Below the pieces are notes generated by a model. That model was not told where the DNA came from and did no database searches. It saw only the letters and a list, made by a program, of their open reading frames with translations. A DNA stretch of 64,000 bases, taken from IMG/VR virus record IMGVR_UViG_2788500220_000013, positions 32,001 to 96,000 of that record; one strand, written 5' to 3'. The translations under genes were made by a program, and so were the position numbers. Origin of the DNA: a virus. Lineage: Duplodnaviria; Caudoviricetes. How positions within the stretch are numbered: the stretch's first letter is position 1; each line of letters opens with the position of its first letter. Positions 1 to 10,100 of the stretch are shown piece by piece.

Positions 1-1385
1 ATGGGGCCTTTCTCAGCTTTCTTACTTTCTTTTAAGACATCATCATACCCCAGATTCTGGTTTGATAATGCCAACTTCGTTGCATTTTCATCAAGGCCCA
101 TCTGGCTAGATAATAACTTAAGTTCTTGCCGGCTAAGATCCTCAACACTTTTCCCTGTCTGGAAAAATGCATTACGTAACATTTCCATACGCTTCGCCGG
201 ATCTTGTTCTTGCATCATCTTCATAGCATCAACATTCATGCCAAATGCCTGTGACAACATTGATGCAGACTTTGCAGCATCCTCAAAGTTGTCAAACTTA
301 TCGATTAACCCAGTTAACGCCTTGACTTCAATCCCTAGCTTGTGTGCATAAACTGAAACTTGTGCTAGTTGTTTGGGAGCCATTTGGCCGAAGTGACCAA
401 CATCGGCAGCCATTTGTGCCATGTCTTGTGCAATTTCTTTGCCTGCTATACCGAAAGCGTCACCCATTTGTAGGGAGTAATTTGATACTTCTTGTAATGT
501 CTCTTTTAATGACCTACCGGTTGTCCTCGCAAGATTAGCAAGGGCACCAGTCTGTTCTCCAGATATCCCTAATCCCTTAGTAAATGCAACAAACTCTGGA
601 CCCATTGCAGCAATTTCACTTTTAAAATGATGAAATGCAGGACCCATTCCATGAGCTTGCTCACCAAGATAAGCTAAAGCCTTTGCTGCTCCCTCTGGGC
701 CGAACCCAAACATTTTGGACATTGATAGGCCAGTACCTGCAACATTGCCAGCCTCAGACTTAAGTGATTTGAAACTACCAATTACAGCCTTACCGGGACC
801 ACTAGACAGATCTCCGAATTGCTTTCTTACATTTTCATACTCTTGACGTAAAGCTAGTCCAGCCTGAGCTGCATCATTGGCCATTTGAGTCAGGCCACCA
901 AGTAATCTAAATGGTGCCTTTATAATTGCAGTACCGACACCGGCAATGCCACTAGTTAGGCTACCTATAAATTTAAGTGTAGATCTAATTTGGGCGCCGG
1001 CGCCACGGAATGCATCAACAAGTCCGACGCCTAGTCCGACTGCACCAACCCGGGCGGGTGTAAAAGCTTTTGTTAGCTTTTGTAATGCGGTTTGGCTTTG
1101 CTGTATTTTCTTATTAGATTTTGTTGTAGAATCGCCAAGCGATGTTTGGGCAGTTGCCATATCAGACGCTGCATCGGCCGCGGCTGCCATGCCCTTACGA
1201 ATACCCTCAATGCGCTCTTCCATGCCATCAAGATCTTGACAGTCGAGTGCTGAACAAAGTTCTTTGGCTAGCTTAGCTTGCCCAGTAACATATGCTTCCT
1301 GCTGCTTTAGCATAGAGGAACGCTTAGCAAGAACTGAATTAATTTCTTGTTGTATTTTTAACTGTGCGCCAAGATCATCAGCCAT
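1..1385 (-). CDS. Tape measure protein, N-terminal part (runs off the window edge)
   Basis: Manually read open frame from ATG 1385 (SD GGTGAGG upstream) to the edge: MADDLGAQLKIQQEINSVLAK...AFTPARVGAVGLGVGLV...DAAKSASMLSQAFGMNVDAMKMM...KKAEKGP. Ala/Gly-rich helical sequence downstream of tube and chaperone genes. Not in the ORF track because it lacks a stop in the window. Confidence 0.85.
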   Translation of the reverse strand, partial: MADDLGAQLKIQQEINSVLAKRSSMLKQQEAYVTGQAKLAKELCSALDCQDLDGMEERIEGIRKGMAAAADAASDMATAQTSLGDSTTKSNKKIQQSQTALQKLTKAFTPARVGAVGLGVGLVDAFRGAGAQIRSTLKFIGSLTSGIAGVGTAIIKAPFRLLGGLTQMANDAAQAGLALRQEYENVRKQFGDLSSGPGKAVIGSFKSLKSEAGNVAGTGLSMSKMFGFGPEGAAKALAYLGEQAHGMGPAFHHFKSEIAAMGPEFVAFTKGLGISGEQTGALANLARTTGRSLKETLQEVSNYSLQMGDAFGIAGKEIAQDMAQMAADVGHFGQMAPKQLAQVSVYAHKLGIEVKALTGLIDKFDNFEDAAKSASMLSQAFGMNVDAMKMMQEQDPAKRMEMLRNAFFQTGKSVEDLSRQELKLLSSQMGLDENATKLALSNQNLGYDDVLKESKKAEKGP

Positions 1386-1455
1386 TTAAGCAAACCTCAC
1401 CTGTAATAACCTTATATGAGTATATAGGCTAGTAGTAAAATTTCTAGACTGTTCT

Positions 1456-1710
1456 TTATAGCAACCAGGGTGTACCTACTACTTCTAGAAATTGCCTAGA
1501 GGCAACCCTCTTTTTATCTAGTAGCTCAACGACCCTTTCCATACTAGCGGTTGAACTAGTTAATTCTTCGTATAGATTTTTAGATGTTGTAATTACATTT
1601 TGGCAGGTTTTTATTTTTTCCGGACTACCACTTAAACGTACATTGGTCTCTTTGCCCAATATATACGCTGCAGCTGCTGCCTGAAACCGTTTCATATTAT
1701 TTGTGGCCAT
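1456..1710 (-). CDS. Hypothetical protein (84 aa) between chaperone and tape measure genes
   Basis: ORF with strong SD (AAGGGAG) and an upstream ATAGTTA motif. Confidence 0.75.
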   Translation of the reverse strand: MATNNMKRFQAAAAAYILGKETNVRLSGSPEKIKTCQNVITTSKNLYEELTSSTASMERVVELLDKKRVASRQFLEVVGTPWLL

Positions 1711-1733
1711 AATTAACTCCCTTAATACTTTAT

Positions 1734-1740
1734 TAACTAT
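1734..1740 (-). promoter_or_regulatory. Putative late promoter motif ATAGTTA
   Basis: Exact ATANTTA match 23 nt upstream of ATG 1710. The motif recurs in 11 intergenic gaps. Confidence 0.55.
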
Positions 1741-1747
1741 GGCGGTC

Positions 1748-2011
1748 CTAAGTGAAACGCCTTAATCTAGATGGTACTTGTGCACGCTGCCTACCCATCA
1801 GTGACCTAGCATCAGGAGAATTTGCATGTGCTGCCCTAGATGCGCCCTGATTACTTTCATTGGCGCGTTTAATTTCCTTATTAATTCTATCTAAAAACCA
1901 TAGTCTTTCCCAAATAGGAAGCATATATGCCTCTGAATAGGTAAAACCCATGTAATACATTAATAAGAAAATTTGTTCTAAGTATACTTCCTTATCACTC
2001 GGCGTCAGGCC
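1748..2011 (-). CDS. gp51-like / tail-chaperone GT-type C-terminal extension, probably reached by +1 frameshift from the upstream gene (ORF track gives 1748..1960)
   Basis: Frame is open from 2083 and reads FFGLTPSDKEVYLEQIFLLMYYMGFTYSEAYMLPIWERLWFL across the T7 run. The 'MLPIWERxxF' motif is gp51-like. ATG 1960 has no well-spaced SD. Confidence 0.7.
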   Translation of the reverse strand, partial: GLTPSDKEVYLEQIFLLMYYMGFTYSEAYMLPIWERLWFLDRINKEIKRANESNQGASRAAHANSPDARSLMGRQRAQVPSRLRRFT

Positions 2012-2843
2012 AAAAAAACGAAGCGCCCATCGGTAGGCGCACCTCCGATGTCTCCAAGCAGTGGGGACAGTCCATCCAGGATTTCATCTCAATCCCTGGC
2101 TCGCTTTTGTCTATATGGCGGCGGAGGGCTAACGAATCCCTTGCCGGCATATTCCGAATGAATGTATCAATCTTACCTTTGTCAGTAACATTATCAATAG
2201 CAGTGATGGCATGCTTAAGGCGAGTTGTAACCAGGTTCTCACCAGAAAGACCAGATTTCTTTTTTCTTTCTTCCATTACCATGATGTTTGTTTCTGCATG
2301 ACCATCTAGAAAACTAAACCTTACAACCTTCTTTGTAATAGGTAGCGTAAACTCAAATGCGTTTGACCCATCAGCGATGGGATTTGTTTCAAGTCGCTTA
2401 ATTGGTAACTCTGCAAGATTAAATGCCTGCTTGGACCTGGTACTACATGCAGGGCAATCTACTTCAACATTATAATCCGTACCATAACCGGTGATTCGCA
2501 GTGCTGTCATTACTGCATTTCTATCACCAGCTAGCATATCGTCAGGATTAATATCTTTATTGACCATACATGATTTAAGCAAGTGTGAAATAACAGTACC
2601 CTTTTTAATAAGGGCTTTAGAAGTTAAAATATCTTCTTCTCGGGCTGTCATAGCCCTAATTTCGATCGTTTCTTTACCATATAGTGGACTATCAACAGGA
2701 TAACATACACCACGTGATGGAAGGGGCACAGCCTCAACAGGAATCTCAAACCCGAAATCGTCTTTCATTACATTACGAGTCGGCATACCCTGTGCTTGCG
2801 CAGCCTTAAATATTTCATTTTCAGTTCTGGTTTTATCAGACAC
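1995..2843 (-). CDS. T4 gp26-like baseplate hub / tail assembly chaperone
   Basis: LPSRGxxY, IRAMTAREEDIL, two CxxC motifs (CPAC, CPHC) and a C-terminal FFWP. GTG start with GGAG SD. Lies between tube and tape measure genes. Confidence 0.8.
   Translation of the reverse strand: MSDKTRTENEIFKAAQAQGMPTRNVMKDDFGFEIPVEAVPLPSRGVCYPVDSPLYGKETIEIRAMTAREEDILTSKALIKKGTVISHLLKSCMVNKDINPDDMLAGDRNAVMTALRITGYGTDYNVEVDCPACSTRSKQAFNLAELPIKRLETNPIADGSNAFEFTLPITKKVVRFSFLDGHAETNIMVMEERKKKSGLSGENLVTTRLKHAITAIDNVTDKGKIDTFIRNMPARDSLALRRHIDKSEPGIEMKSWMDCPHCLETSEVRLPMGASFFWPDAE
2009..2021 (-). other. Putative programmed ribosomal frameshift site TCG TTT TTT TGG C (U7 run)
   Basis: Seven A at 2012-2018 on the + strand, 5 codons before the stop. 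A +1 slip joins the gene to ORF 1748..1960. Confidence 0.65.
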
Positions 2844-2890
2844 AGTTTCTCTCCGTTCAATTATTATTGTGCCCTATCGCACGTGCAAAT

Positions 2891-2897
2891 TAAATAT
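2891..2897 (-). promoter_or_regulatory. Putative late promoter motif ATATTTA
   Basis: Exact ATANTTA match between the tube terminator and the chaperone gene. Confidence 0.55.
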
Positions 2898-2931
2898 CAC
2901 CATTCTAAGATTTCTTGTAAACTATTAGGAT

Positions 2932-2965
2932 AAAAAAAAAGAAAGCTCCGGAAAGGAGCTTTCTT
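2932..2965 (-). terminator. Rho-independent terminator after the tail tube gene
   Basis: Stem AAGAAAGCTCC / GGAGCTTTCTT with a 5-nt loop, followed by a T run on the minus strand. Confidence 0.9.
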
Positions 2966-2988
2966 ATAAACCGAGATTAAATTTTGAT

Positions 2989-3477
2989 TTAGTACTGTAG
3001 TACTGCGTTGTCGAATCGAACAGTTAATGAAATCTCTGTAGGATCTTCTGCACCATAATCCAGGTCACCAAATGCTGCTGAAGTTAGGAAACAACCTTTA
3101 AGGTCCCATAATTCAACAACTGTGCCGACAGGATCAAGCAGCTTAAGCTGACAATCGCGCTTATAAAAATCTGCATAACCAGAGCGGCCTGATACGGATT
3201 CAAAGTGGGTGCGAATCCACTCCATTACTTGCTGTGAACCAGATGGTGCAATTGGATCATGTAGTGTTAAACTAATTGCATCAAACTTTGTTTTACCTGC
3301 AAGGTAACGAGTAGAGTTCATATAAGGAACTTCTTGTTCCGCTGTATTAATAGTTGGTCTAGCAGCAGTCTTCATTAAGAATGCGTCTATTCCCTCGATA
3401 GCAAATACCCACCTAAACTTACGCTTGGGTTCAAACTTGTTAGGTAGCATATCGGTAACTGATAGTGTCTCGGCCAT
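2989..3477 (-). CDS. gp19: Tail tube protein (T4 gp19-like)
   Basis: FEPKRKFRW, YLAGKTKF, QVMEW, YKRDCQLKLLDPVGTVVELWDLKGCF, FGDLDY, ISLTVRFD. 162 aa, directly after the sheaths, AGGAG SD. Confidence 0.92.
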   Translation of the reverse strand: MAETLSVTDMLPNKFEPKRKFRWVFAIEGIDAFLMKTAARPTINTAEQEVPYMNSTRYLAGKTKFDAISLTLHDPIAPSGSQQVMEWIRTHFESVSGRSGYADFYKRDCQLKLLDPVGTVVELWDLKGCFLTSAAFGDLDYGAEDPTEISLTVRFDNAVLQY

Positions 3478-3510
3478 TTCTAAAATCTCCTATGATTTCG
3501 TTTCGTATTA

Positions 3511-3517
3511 TAAATAT
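3511..3517 (-). promoter_or_regulatory. Putative late promoter motif ATATTTA(TAATA)
   Basis: Exact ATANTTA match 33 nt upstream of the tube ATG. Confidence 0.55.
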
Positions 3518-3532
3518 TCATCTCTACCGAAT

Positions 3533-6500
3533 TTATACTTCAAATTGTCCTGCATTCTTGACAACAAAGTCAAGTGCGATGAACTCAACAGTCCTCGTCG
3601 GTTGTAAGAAGATCTTACCGCGAACCGTATTATTTTCAACATCCGCTTGAGTAGTTGTTGTGGTATCAATGATTACCTTAAACTTATCCAAGCCTTGCTG
3701 GGCCTGAATTCTTGCCAATATTGGATTTACAGCAGCAGAGAATCTCGCCAATGTAGCTTCACGATTCGGTTCGAATAAAATTCTATTACCGACAGCGCGA
3801 ACTCGCCGGCGGACTTCAATAAGCAACCGACGAACATTAACTCTGTCAAGAGAACTCTTTGCCTTCTGTAACGTTTTCTGGCCCCATACCACAACACCTG
3901 GAGTGTGTGGGAAGGCCGCTAGAGGATTAATATCTGCCTCGTATAGTGTATCAAGGTTTGCTCGACTTAGCTTCACCTGGGCCTCTATGACTGTGTCTAG
4001 GGCACCGCGGGTAAACCCTGCCGGGGCATACCATGGATGAGCAACAGAATCGTTAAGTGCAAAGGCACCTAATACTGCAACTGACGGTGGGCAAACTACT
4101 GCTGAGCCTAAGGCTGGATCGTTTACTACAACATCTGGATAATATACTGCTGCGAATGAAGAGTCAAGATTTCTGCCTAGTAATCTATCAGTCGTATTTG
4201 TAACACTTGGGTTTGTGTTAGTTGAATCAACAATTAGATTATTTTCAGAATCCATTTCTTCTGCATCTGCAATTAGCATTGCGTCGAATCGATTCTCAAC
4301 AACATCAATTGCATAATCTACAATACTTGGATCTCTAAGGCCTGGAATTGCTAACAACTTGATATCTACGTCAGCGGTTTCCTGCATTACATCCAATGCT
4401 TTTCGATATGCAGCAACTGTTGGGCCCTTAGTAGCCCCTTGCTGAGTTGAATCAATCATTTCTCTTACAGCTGCAAGGTTTGACAATTTGCCTTTTTCTC
4501 TATCAAGAATATTGACACCATCAAATCCACCTTGTAGGAAGAAACTGAATTTCATGTATTTCTTCATCGGTAGTGATGTAAAGTCGTCCTGGAAATTTAG
4601 GCGACCTAAGAATCTGGATGTTGTACCACCCTGAGCAAGCGTACCATCTCTACGATATTCTGCCGCGGCCCATTGTTTATTGTCAACATCGCCATCTGAT
4701 TCAAGTAATACTTCAACGTTCTCTAGGGAGAATGCATTATTATTAAATCTATCAGAGTCAAGTACTGTTGTTAACCACTCAGCCCCTAAAGCATCATCAG
4801 GAGTACCAGCATTATCACCAGCGACAACATCTAGATTTACTTCTTGAAAATCTGGAAAGTACTTACCGAATGAAAGAAGAGATTTATCAAATTTGTTATT
4901 CTTATTTTGTTGTAGAACATCATCATTGACCTGGAATTGCACACCCCAACAAAGTGCAGAATTAACTTTTTCCTTAGGTGAAACACCTGTTTTAATATTA
5001 TTTCTCATTGGAATGGGGAGCTGTACGACCTCATTCCAGATTGTAGGCTGTAATATCGATGCTAACGGAGGGCTAATTAATGGTCCATCCCCTACCTCAT
5101 TTGAAGATGTTGCAGCACCAGAAGCCCCAAGTTCTCCGGAAGTGATTAAGTGATCATGGCCTCTAAACCCTACTGGCAGTGCCGTAGCATCAATCGTTCC
5201 ATTATCAACCGTACTATCCATTTCTACCCTAATATATGTAGAGCGGCTTGGGTGCACACCTTCAATTACTAGCTTTTGAGCGCCCTGAGGTTTATCAAAA
5301 TCATAATATGCATACATATCACCAATTACCCTGGCAATGTATCTTTCAGATGATGGATTTAGATCAAGCTTAGCAAACTTCTCAAAAACAACTGGGTCAT
5401 TATCATTATCAGTCATACTCCTGACCAGTACATCAAATGTCCCATACTTAGTTGCTTCAGAATTTGAGGCCTGAACATTATCAATCGTAATCTTAAATTT
5501 GCCAGAACCGGCTGTGCCATCGTCTAATGCGTGTACCTTGAAGAGATTCTTTGGCTTGCCACCGAACATCTGGGATGTAACCCAAGGTGAACGTGCTGTT
5601 CTATATCTATCTTCAAAGTTTTCGTAGTTAGGAACACCTTGGTTCCCTCGGTTATGATCTGCTGAACCTGTTAACAAGAATGCAGCAACCTCTCCGAGGT
5701 TCGGAACCCCTGTACCAGGATCAACACCATGGCCATTATCAACATTTAAGACCTGGCTTCCTGTGACGACTGCATGGGAGGGATGGATATCATAATGTGC
5801 GTATAGATAATGTCCTGCATGTTCTATACAACCAGCATCTTGGTTTAAGATGTTTGGAAAGTAATCTGGGCGTTGCGGGTTTAAAGATGCCGTAATAATA
5901 TTTGGATTATCGGGTGTGTTTGTATGACCGTTTAAGATCATAACGAATTGATCTGCATCGCCTGTTAGGTCAACTGTTCCTAAGTGGTAGCCACCGTCGA
6001 GGGCTGCCCCGAATTCGCCAGTTGCGCCTGCTGCTGGAGCATTATTTGCGCCGGCGACTTCCGAACACGAAAGTGCAAGAACAACACCGGAAGGTGCCAT
6101 TATTACACCTCGGACGATTGGAACTGTAGAGGAGTCTCCTCCTGAAAATCCTGTGAGTGTAATGCCTGGATTTGAGGGTGTATTGACCATGCTAACATTA
6201 CCTGATGCACCTTCAATTGCTTGCTCCAGACTTAGGCTACCTACGCCACCCCCTGGGGAAGTGTCAGTAACAATAATCTTATCACCTGGTGTTCCGGCAT
6301 TGTGGCCGTTTGCGGAGTCTATTGCTATTTTCAATTCCGCAGCAATGGCAGGTTGAAGTCCTGTAGCGTCAACGTATATTTTGGTCGTCATCGCCTCAAC
6401 AAACGTGTCACCAGAGCTAAGTGCGGGCCCCCCCCAGTGTGAACCGTCATCATTGCAGAACTTGTATATCTTCTCCGTACCCTCTGCGTCTGTTATTACT

Positions 6501-7084
6501 AGATCAGTGTGATGAAACACTCCGGCGCCGCCGGTGATGCCGATCGTTCCTGTTGCAGCAGCAGAATCAACAAGACCTGCGCCGCTAAGCAACGTTGAGC
6601 CGTTTGTTTCTGCCATTAAGGCCCCGAGGAAGTATGTTCTACCCTCAGCAGACCCATTACCGATGAATGTACCGGCATGGATATTAGCATTAACCATGCC
6701 ATCCGTTACGCCGGCAACTGTAAGTGGCTGTACTTGTTCGCTACCAACGATAAAGCCAGCATTATTTACTCGTCCTGAGTTATTGGCATCTGTTAAGTCT
6801 CGGCGTAGGCCATCACCTGTGCCGAGGACGCGTACATAAGTTCCTGATCTGGATCGTCTCATCCACTCGTGCATAGCTATCGGGCCGAACTTCTTACCGT
6901 CGGTCGGTCCAAACTCTGCAACGAAATCTTGATATGTAGCGACTGTTACTGGGACAAAAGCAGGTCCCTTTAGTGCAGTACCAATAACGCCTGCAGGGAC
7001 TCCCTGTGGCTGTACAGCCGAGGGTCCACTAAGGTCAATTTCTTTGGTTGATACACCAGCGCTCTTAAAGGTCAATTCAGCCAT
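3533..7084 (-). CDS. gp18: Tail sheath protein, copy 2 (1183 aa)
   Basis: N-terminal SAGVSTKEIDLS...IGTALKGPAFVPVTV. C-terminal YYPDV, PWYAPAGFTRG, LYEADINP, VVWGQKTLQ, LDRVNVRRLL, PTRTVEFIALDF. Confidence 0.95.
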   Translation of the reverse strand: MAELTFKSAGVSTKEIDLSGPSAVQPQGVPAGVIGTALKGPAFVPVTVATYQDFVAEFGPTDGKKFGPIAMHEWMRRSRSGTYVRVLGTGDGLRRDLTDANNSGRVNNAGFIVGSEQVQPLTVAGVTDGMVNANIHAGTFIGNGSAEGRTYFLGALMAETNGSTLLSGAGLVDSAAATGTIGITGGAGVFHHTDLVITDAEGTEKIYKFCNDDGSHWGGPALSSGDTFVEAMTTKIYVDATGLQPAIAAELKIAIDSANGHNAGTPGDKIIVTDTSPGGGVGSLSLEQAIEGASGNVSMVNTPSNPGITLTGFSGGDSSTVPIVRGVIMAPSGVVLALSCSEVAGANNAPAAGATGEFGAALDGGYHLGTVDLTGDADQFVMILNGHTNTPDNPNIITASLNPQRPDYFPNILNQDAGCIEHAGHYLYAHYDIHPSHAVVTGSQVLNVDNGHGVDPGTGVPNLGEVAAFLLTGSADHNRGNQGVPNYENFEDRYRTARSPWVTSQMFGGKPKNLFKVHALDDGTAGSGKFKITIDNVQASNSEATKYGTFDVLVRSMTDNDNDPVVFEKFAKLDLNPSSERYIARVIGDMYAYYDFDKPQGAQKLVIEGVHPSRSTYIRVEMDSTVDNGTIDATALPVGFRGHDHLITSGELGASGAATSSNEVGDGPLISPPLASILQPTIWNEVVQLPIPMRNNIKTGVSPKEKVNSALCWGVQFQVNDDVLQQNKNNKFDKSLLSFGKYFPDFQEVNLDVVAGDNAGTPDDALGAEWLTTVLDSDRFNNNAFSLENVEVLLESDGDVDNKQWAAAEYRRDGTLAQGGTTSRFLGRLNFQDDFTSLPMKKYMKFSFFLQGGFDGVNILDREKGKLSNLAAVREMIDSTQQGATKGPTVAAYRKALDVMQETADVDIKLLAIPGLRDPSIVDYAIDVVENRFDAMLIADAEEMDSENNLIVDSTNTNPSVTNTTDRLLGRNLDSSFAAVYYPDVVVNDPALGSAVVCPPSVAVLGAFALNDSVAHPWYAPAGFTRGALDTVIEAQVKLSRANLDTLYEADINPLAAFPHTPGVVVWGQKTLQKAKSSLDRVNVRRLLIEVRRRVRAVGNRILFEPNREATLARFSAAVNPILARIQAQQGLDKFKVIIDTTTTTQADVENNTVRGKIFLQPTRTVEFIALDFVVKNAGQFEV

Positions 7085-7133
7085 TTGTCTATGCTCCTAC
7101 CTGTTAATCCTTTTATTCTACTATAGGTATACA

Positions 7134-10100
7134 TCATGCGAATATTACACCGCTATTCGTAATAATAAAATCGATTGCGATAAACTCGATTGCTCTCGTT
7201 GGTACCACAACAATCCTACCATTTAGTCTGTTATTTTCGTAATCTTCCTGAGAATTATTAGTGTCATCCATTATGACCTGGAACTTCTCAATACCAGCTT
7301 GTGCTTGTACCAGTGCTAATAATGGAGTAACAGAACCAATAAATCTTGCCCGAGTTTGTGGTGTATTAGGCTCGAATAAGATTCTGTTGGCAACACCAAC
7401 AATTTGTCTCTTAACCTCAAGCAACATTCTTCTTACGTTAACCCTGTCCAACGCCGATTTGTTCATTTGGAGAGTTTTCTGTCCAAAGATTACAAATCCA
7501 CCAGATGGGAATACTGCAATTGGGTTAATTCTTGCATCATATAAAGTATCTCTATCACCAGCAGACAATCGTGTTGTTACGTTTGAAACAAATGATAAGG
7601 CACCTCTATTAAAACCAGCTGGAGCAAACCATGGATAAGATACTTTGTCATTGTATCCTAAGGCAGCCAAAGCAGCAACAGATGCAGGAACTCTAACCTT
7701 GAGATTGTTCATAGGATCATCAATATATACATCTGGGAAATACGTTGCGCTGTAGTTGTTATCTACCGCACGAGATTCAAACTCCTCAGAAGTATTTCTT
7801 ACATCAGGCTTAAGCTCATCATGGACTAAAGATCCAACGAACATCCTTGTTCCGTCCTCTGCAACATTTGGAATGTCCATCACATACATAGCTTTGGAAT
7901 ATTCCTTTGTTCTATCAGCTGCAAAGTCTGTAACAAATGAATCCCTAATTCCTGGGATTGCCAAGAGGTTTGTATTCACTGTTAATGGATCAGTCATCTG
8001 GCGGACAGCAACGTTGTATGAATTTACAATGTTATTATCTCTACCTTCACCAGTAATCAATGTACCTCCAAGACCATCATCCTCAAATCCCTCTGCGGCC
8101 AGACCGTCAAGATCACTAGAACTTGCACGATCTGTCATTAGCGCATTGTCTTTATCAAGGATGTTAAGCCCATCGAATCCACCGTAGAATGGTAATGTGA
8201 ATTTCGCATAAGGTGTGAAACGGTTAAACTTAATAGCATCATTATGAACAAGCGATGCTAGTGTAACTCTATCACCAGCCCCTGGATCGTTAACAGTATA
8301 TGTTGCAGCATCCGGAACACCATTTCTAATATATGCCGTTTCTAGCATATGAGTCTTTGCTGTTCCATCAACATCAGCAATTGCTGTTTCATTAAGGGCA
8401 ACCCTGGCCAGGGTGAACTTATTGTTGTTGAATGTGTCAGCACCTGAACCTGTTACCAGTGTATCTAGTTTTGCAATACCCATAAATTTTGTGTATGCAG
8501 AAACTAACGGATTAGGTGTTGAAGAAAGATTTGCATTTAGAATTGCACGATCCATTGACCCTGTGGTTGGAAGTCTTTCAAACTTAACACCCCAGTATAG
8601 TCTAGAGTCGGCGCGTTCATCATTGCCTGATTGGCCTATATGTGTAACGGTTCCACCTTCACAAGAGCTCATAACATGCCCTCTAGTGCATTTGAACCTC
8701 AGTGGTAATGGTGGTACAATGGCATTTTGTAAATCACCTGTTGCACCTACACCTGCAAGGCGTGTATCTTGACCAGCTGGACCAAGTGTATCTGGACCAA
8801 GTGTCAATGCTAGAGCATTTTCATGTGTTAATGAATCAGCGGTCTTAATTGTCGGGATCCCCAAGAAACCGAATGGCATTATATCTTCTGGAAGACATGC
8901 ATCACCTGTGTCTACTGACTCATGTACAATGACCCTAATATGGTGAGACCGATTAGGATATTTTCCGCTAACAACCAATCTACGTTCATCAATTTGATCA
9001 GCGTCAAAATCATACAGGACTTTATAATCACCAATTAATCGGCCGATGTACCTATCACTCTGTGGATCTAGGTTACAATCTGGATATGCTTCAATGATCT
9101 CTCTTGTCATGTCAGTATCGCCAAAGCGCCTGACCTGAACTTCGAATGAACATGTCTTATTATTCGGATCTGTTGAGGCTCGAAGATTTGCAATAGAAAT
9201 CTTTATCTTATCATTAGCATATGCACCATCTGTTAGTGTTTCAAATCTGAATAATGGGTACTCTGTCCCACCATATGGCTGTGATACAATCCATGGTGTG
9301 GTAGGTGTAGTATAACGTGTGTCATACCTACCGTATAATTGTCTAAACGTTTCATCAGCAGTAAGTGGGCAATCCGCGGAGGTTGCTCCGGAGCCAGATA
9401 ATATTGCAACAGCCTTTGTAGCTTCAGTTACAACTCTTGCTAGCTCATCCTCAACTGCAAAATCTGCATAGAGATAATGTTCTAATGTTTGGAATTTATT
9501 AGGGTCCCTGTTAAGAATTTTTCCGACATATGTACTGGCAGATGGGTCCAGTGAGGCTGTCATAATTTTGATACCAGCCAGGCCGTCATCTTCTGCAAAC
9601 GTCTTTCCTGTTGAGGAAGAAATTATTAGCTTGAATGTCTTGTGGTCACCAGGGTTAAGGCCTGCGCAGTCATCCATACTTGACAAGTTTGAACCTGCTA
9701 GGTCTTCATCACCATTAGCAATCATGACGCGTGACCCGGAAGGGGTCATAATAACTGCCCTAACAAGATTTACCTCATCACCGGCTCCAGCAAGTCCTGC
9801 GAAACTATCATTATCACTAAATGCTGGATAACCTTCCATCTCACCACAAGAACTAGAAACCTGATGTCTTGCTACTAAGAATTGTGTTACGCCAGAATGT
9901 CGCCCTTGGGTTTCCGATGGATCCCAGTTAATTGCTCCAGTACCACCAAGAACAAATCCTGCGTTCTTTACGGTACCAAGCCTTTTTGTATTATCAATAT
10001 CAACTAGGGTGTCATTTGCTCCTGCCCCTAGCACTCTCATATATGTCACCGCGGTGCGATTTTTTAAGAATTCACGAACCGCATATGGTCCGAATCTATC

